Assembly: GCF_018977255.1 (NCBI RefSeq)
Contig: NW_024704743.1
Coordinates: 27,530,001-27,594,000 of the forward strand
From: Callorhinchus milii
Lineage: Eukaryota
Direction of reading: 5' to 3'
DNA: 64,000 nt
Positions 59,579-64,000 of the stretch are shown here, in pieces; the stretch's first letter is position 1; the number at the start of each line of letters is the position of its first letter. A program made the translations under genes and the position numbers. The notes under the pieces are model-generated. The model was not told the origin of the DNA. It worked only from the letters and a program-made list of their open reading frames with translations, and did no database searches.

Positions 59579-60469
59579 TTGTGGGACATTGCTATGTGCA
59601 AATTGACTGTCACTTTCGCCCCAAAATATACAGTCACTGCACCTTACAGTATATTCTATGAAGTGCTTTGAGACATTTCAACAACATGATAAGGCGCTAT
59701 ATCAAATGCAAGGATTATGATTACTATAGGTGCTTTGAGACAGCTCAATGGTGTAATCAGGCACTATATTAAATCTAATGATTATTATTATTCACCTTGT
59801 GGTTGTTTGCTGTGAGTAAAATGTCTGCAATATGTGGTAATCAGTTCACTTGGCAATAATTACTGTAAAGAAATTTGCGATATTCTGACATGATAAGGTA
59901 TTGTAAAAAGCATTGTAAATATTTTTGTAAAAATGTTTTTGTCTTTTTTTCTACTTATATTTTGTTTCAGGAACATCTTCGGTGATTCCACGGAGATTTT
60001 GTTTAAGCAAAAATGAGATATTTTTAAATTGACAGAAATAAAGACGCCTTTATCTTTTGTAATGGTTTCCTGCTGTTGAAACTCTCCCTTTAAGATGTGT
60101 GCAACAGGAGCTGAGTGATAAGATGAAACTTTAACTAAAGTTGATCTTTGCTTAATAAAGAACCAGTCATGTCGTAAATGAACTCCTTAATGAAAAACAT
60201 TTCAAAGCTGCAAAGGTCTTTACTATGACATATGCAATGAAGAAACTGCCGTGTTACTGACAGGAACCTATTAGCTTGGCTTAATGGGAAATATTCATTC
60301 CCCCCATACCCACACACACCCATTCGTAATCTCAGTACTAACTGAATACTGAACTGTAACAAATGCTTTAAAGAAAGTAAAACTTTTAAATGTTTTATAA
60401 AAATGTGCACTAAGTGTGCAGGTGATTAATCTTTGTTGAGCAACAAAGTGAGGAACCAAGGTGCTTCAC

Positions 60470-60970
60470 ATAGGACAAGCCTGGTCCTCTCCCGCAGCAG
60501 GCTCCATGACCCCATCATCCCCACCCTCATCCGGCTCCACTGGCTCCCCATACCTCAGAGGATTGAATTCTCAACCTCACTTCAAGGCCCTTCACGGCCT
60601 TGCCTGCTCCTACCTCTCTGACCTGCTGACCCCCTATCAACCTGTCCGCTCTCTCCACTCAGCAGGCTTCATCCTGCTCCAGGTCTCCTGCCCGACCCAC
60701 CCTATCATCGGTGGTTGGGCTTTCAGGCTCTCTGACCCCACTCTTTGGAACTCCATCCCGCAATCCCTTTGCTTTGCTCCCTCTCTTGACTCCTTCAAGG
60801 CACGACTCCTTTTTGACCTTGCCTTCAGCCGCCCTCCTTCGCACTCTGCCCTCCCTCATCCCATCCCTGCCCCCCATGATCAGTCCTGAACCCAGACTGT
60901 TCAGCACCTTGAGACGTCCTCCTGACATGAAAGGCACTTTATAAAAGTAATTTTGTTGCTATTGTTGTTG
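60470..60970 (+). mobile_element. L2 3' fragment
   Basis: [49 protein letters not shown]2 tail. Confidence 0.92.
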
Positions 60971-61004
60971 AAACAACAAGTTTGAAAGGGGTAGAGAGGA
61001 CCAT

Positions 61005-61620
61005 GGAAATCTAAGACACAGTAGAAGGTCATTTAATCCATGACAATAATGTCAGTGTTTGACATCTATTTTAATCCCAATTCCCTCTTCTTTCATATAT
61101 GCCTCTAATACCTTTCCTCTGCATATGCCTATCTAATACCATCTTGAAGCTTCCAAAAGATTGAAGGTCTTATTTTAGCATTATTAACTTTATGCTCTTT
61201 GGCCCTCAAAGCACTTAACAGTGGACATTCAGCCCCCTAACAGGTTGTGGGAGATAATTCCTCACCTTATAATGAGGATTGTGAGTTCCTTATTTATCCT
61301 CTTAAACCCTTTCACTATCTTAAACAATTCTATGGCATCACCCTTATCTCTTCTTCTGCTCCAATGGAAATAATCCTGACCTATCCAGCCTCTCCTCATA
61401 GCTTTATGCCCTCCTCTCTGGTATTGTGCTCATGAATCTACACTGAACGCTCTCCAAACCCCTAATAACCTTTGTACAGTGTGACACTCAAAAATGCATA
61501 CAATATTCCAGCTGTGGTCTAAACAAGTTCTTACAAAGATTACACATCACTTCCTTACTTTGAATTCAGTGACTCTGTATAAGACATCCAGAATCCTGTT
61601 TGACCTTTCAACAGGCTTCT
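61005..61620 (-). mobile_element. Decayed CR1 3' portion
   Basis: GAAGGTCATTTAATCCAT..CTATCTAAT..CTATCCAGCCTCTCCTCATAGC..ACAATATTCCAGCTGTGGTCTAA corresponds to the antisense of the CR1 ORF2 end. Confidence 0.7.
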
Positions 61621-62779
61621 CTACTCAAGAATGAGATAGATGAGATGTGGCATGTAGTGTTGGTTAAGTGAAGTTGAAGTAGGGCTTCAAAAGCCTTTAA
61701 ATTTACAGTAGAACAGAAGATTGAAGAACGTAAGAAATCATAGTTTTGAGAATTTGCAGAAAATGTGTTAGAATAGATCAAGCAGCTAGTGTTCTGAGTC
61801 TTCATTTCAATGCAGTGATTCAAAAATATGGTATACATATACATTTTAGTGTTGAAATATCCACTAACTTCTGAATAACAACACTGAAAGATGACCAAAA
61901 CACCAGTTATCACTTTGAATCCATGATGAAATATAGCATTTTCAAATCATGCTGCGAAATATTAAAATCAATGGCATTATAAAACAAACACTACATTTAC
62001 TAACAGTACATTTTCAAAGGATTTAAGGGAACACCTAGTTTACAAAAAGAAAATAGAACAAATGTCTGAGAGTAGCTGACTGTAAGAAAGTCTGAATGGC
62101 GCTCTTAAGCAACAGTGGTTGTATCTCATCAGTTTAGCTGTTTTTTAATATAATGCTTAAATGTGATGTTAAAATCCAAATAGCTTCAGAAGGAAGTTCA
62201 GAGATTCCCTGAAGTCTATTTAAATTGGATTATGGTAAGCATATAAAACAGCTTTGAAAAGCTTTGAGCGCTGATTGTGTGTGGCAGGGAAAGGGTGCGA
62301 GCAGCATTGGGCTAGTCTCTTAAGCGATAAAGTCTTTGCATCTGCAGTTTCCTAGACTGAAAATACCACCTTTAGTCCAGAACCAGCTATCAAAAAGCAA
62401 TATTTTATAATCCAATTTCATAGAAAAAACTATAAAATAACGTAGAAAAATGGGGATTTATCAGGATAGTTCCAAGATAAAGCTACTGGAGAGGATAGGT
62501 CTAGGCAAAGCTACTGTATAGGTCACTATGCAGTAGCTATTCCATTAATATATTTTTCTTTGGGGCCGCGTATACAATGTTAAATGTTACTGAAATCATT
62601 GCATTAATACGTAAATCCTAAAAATCATTACTCCAAGGGAAAAGGGCTCACTGATAAGTTATCGATTTAGGCATATGTATAAATACATAACTAAATGCGG
62701 CTGAATATTAACAGCTTGATGACATAAGTGGTAATGACAAGTTAAAACAGGGATTAAGTTATCAGGAATTTACTGTAAT

Positions 62780-63190
62780 TTGGGACTTTATGCTCACAGA
62801 CAATGTGGTTACTTCAGTGCATTAGTGGGGGACTGCTCTATTAATGTCCACCTGAACAGGCAGCCCTTAGTTCAACATTTAAATAGTGTGAAATTAGTAA
62901 TGTCCACCTGATGTTCAATCCTTTGGATAAAATGTTAAAGGTCTGCCTGTTCGAGTGGATATTAATGATTCCACATTACTATTTGATTTTTTTTCCCCAG
63001 TGTTTTTTCCACAATCTCCCAGATTAATTGAACATTCATTTTATGGCTGTTTGTGGGAACCTGCTGTTCACAAATTGGCTGCTGCATCAACTCAGTCTCT
63101 GCATTTGACAGAAATTTCCTTGTGAATTGTTTTGAAACATTTTGACATTCATTACAAGAGCTACATCAGATGCCAGGGTTCTTATAATTA
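62780..63190 (+). mobile_element. DeuSINE-type SINE with an internal inverted copy of its core
   Basis: TGGGACTT..CAGTGCATTAGTGGGGG; inverted core at 62842-62880, sense core at 62930-62966, then the tail. Confidence 0.7.
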
Positions 63191-63409
63191 TAATATGCTG
63201 TCTTACCAACACACCTTTCTGTTTATCAAGATCTATTGCTTAAAAAGAGAAGATTTTAAAATGTTCTCCTTATAACAGAATAAGTGCTCCGGGACTCTAC
63301 CCTGCTCTGAAGGGCGCTATTTAAATGCAAGTTATTGTTGTTGTCGTTGAAACTAATATAATGTTTTAAATCCTTACAATAGCAGCAGCTTACATTTATA
63401 CAACCACAC

Positions 63410-63640
63410 CAAAAACAACTTGCATTTGCAGAGTGCTTTTCATGCCAGGAGGACATCACAAACCAGTTCGCACAGTTGACTGGGAGCCCGAGCTGGAGGG
63501 AGGAGGGAAAAATGTGACTGAAAGTGCTGTCAAAAAGCTAGGTCTAGTTGGGTTGCACGAGGTCACAAAGTTATGATGGGGCAGGTCCATTCAAATCATG
63601 GATTTGAATGTAAGGATATGAAATTTGATCCGCTGGGTTA
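63410..63640 (-). mobile_element. Old L2 3' fragment
   Basis: ACAACTTGCATTTGCAGAGTGCTTTTCATGCCAGGAGGACATC..GATTTGAATGTAAGGAT..TTTGATCCGCTGG. Confidence 0.55.
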
Positions 63641-64000
63641 CCTTTTGAACTATTCTAACTTTAAAATGATTTGTTTTTTTTAAAATAGCTGTGTATAATA
63701 AGTGGGTAGATGAAAACAACTGCATCTCTCTGTAATTTCAGCCAATGTTAATGGCTGAAACTATGCAGATCTGAATCAAAGTGTACAGCAAAGTGAGAAA
63801 GGTGACGTTATACTTCTGGGCCAGGAAATTAATGTCCTGACATTTAAATGACAAGAAAAAATAATATACGAATGCTGGGGCAGTGAGAAAAATGTATTTA
63901 CTAATGTTGGAACATTTTATGAAATGGAAAACTGTCAATTCTCAGAGTGCTAGAGGAATTGACAAATTCAATAACAATGCGGGCTGATCAGGCAACAAAG

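Larger units (their letters stand above)
58241..59724 (+). mobile_element. DeuSINE-type SINE carrying two RTE-like insertions
   Basis: Head GTGTCAGCCTAGCTCAGTTGGTAGC at 58241, core at 58470-58619, tail resuming at 59579; collinear with intact copies once both inserts are removed. Confidence 0.88.

Noticed and set aside
1..64000. Host protein-coding gene or prokaryote-type system
   Set aside because: Every ORF with recognisable motifs is LINE-derived, and the rest are short with no coding signature or operon structure.

Overview
AT-rich eukaryotic (vertebrate) non-coding DNA, probably a large intron or intergenic region of a cartilaginous fish. That taxon is inferred from the repeat content: shark-type CR1 with a TTCTATGA tail, L2 with (TTG)n tails and DeuSINE-type SINEs. 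I can identify no host protein-coding gene; almost all listed ORFs are retroelement fragments or chance ORFs. The window is dominated by non-LTR retroelements: (1) L2 LINEs, including a young copy whose reverse-transcriptase frame is uninterrupted for about 1.6 kb (34214-35975); (2) CR1 remnants; (3) two tRNA-headed SINE families, a DeuSINE type and a tRNA-Val/Ala-like type with long and short subfamilies, which share one L2-derived 3' tail; (4) an RTE/RTEX-like LINE whose ends are defined here by two insertions with 10-bp target-site duplications in one SINE, with its 3' region present at least six times. Other items: a 28S rRNA fragment, fold-back MITE-like elements, a 131-bp near-perfect local duplication carrying a perfect palindrome, and a SINE tail rebuilt into a 31-bp pre-miRNA-like hairpin. 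I see no convincing new biological system. The best leads are the RTE-like family, the SINE-derived hairpin and the SINE-initiated RT ORF. Boundaries of old repeats are approximate, and family names come from recalled motifs rather than database searches.
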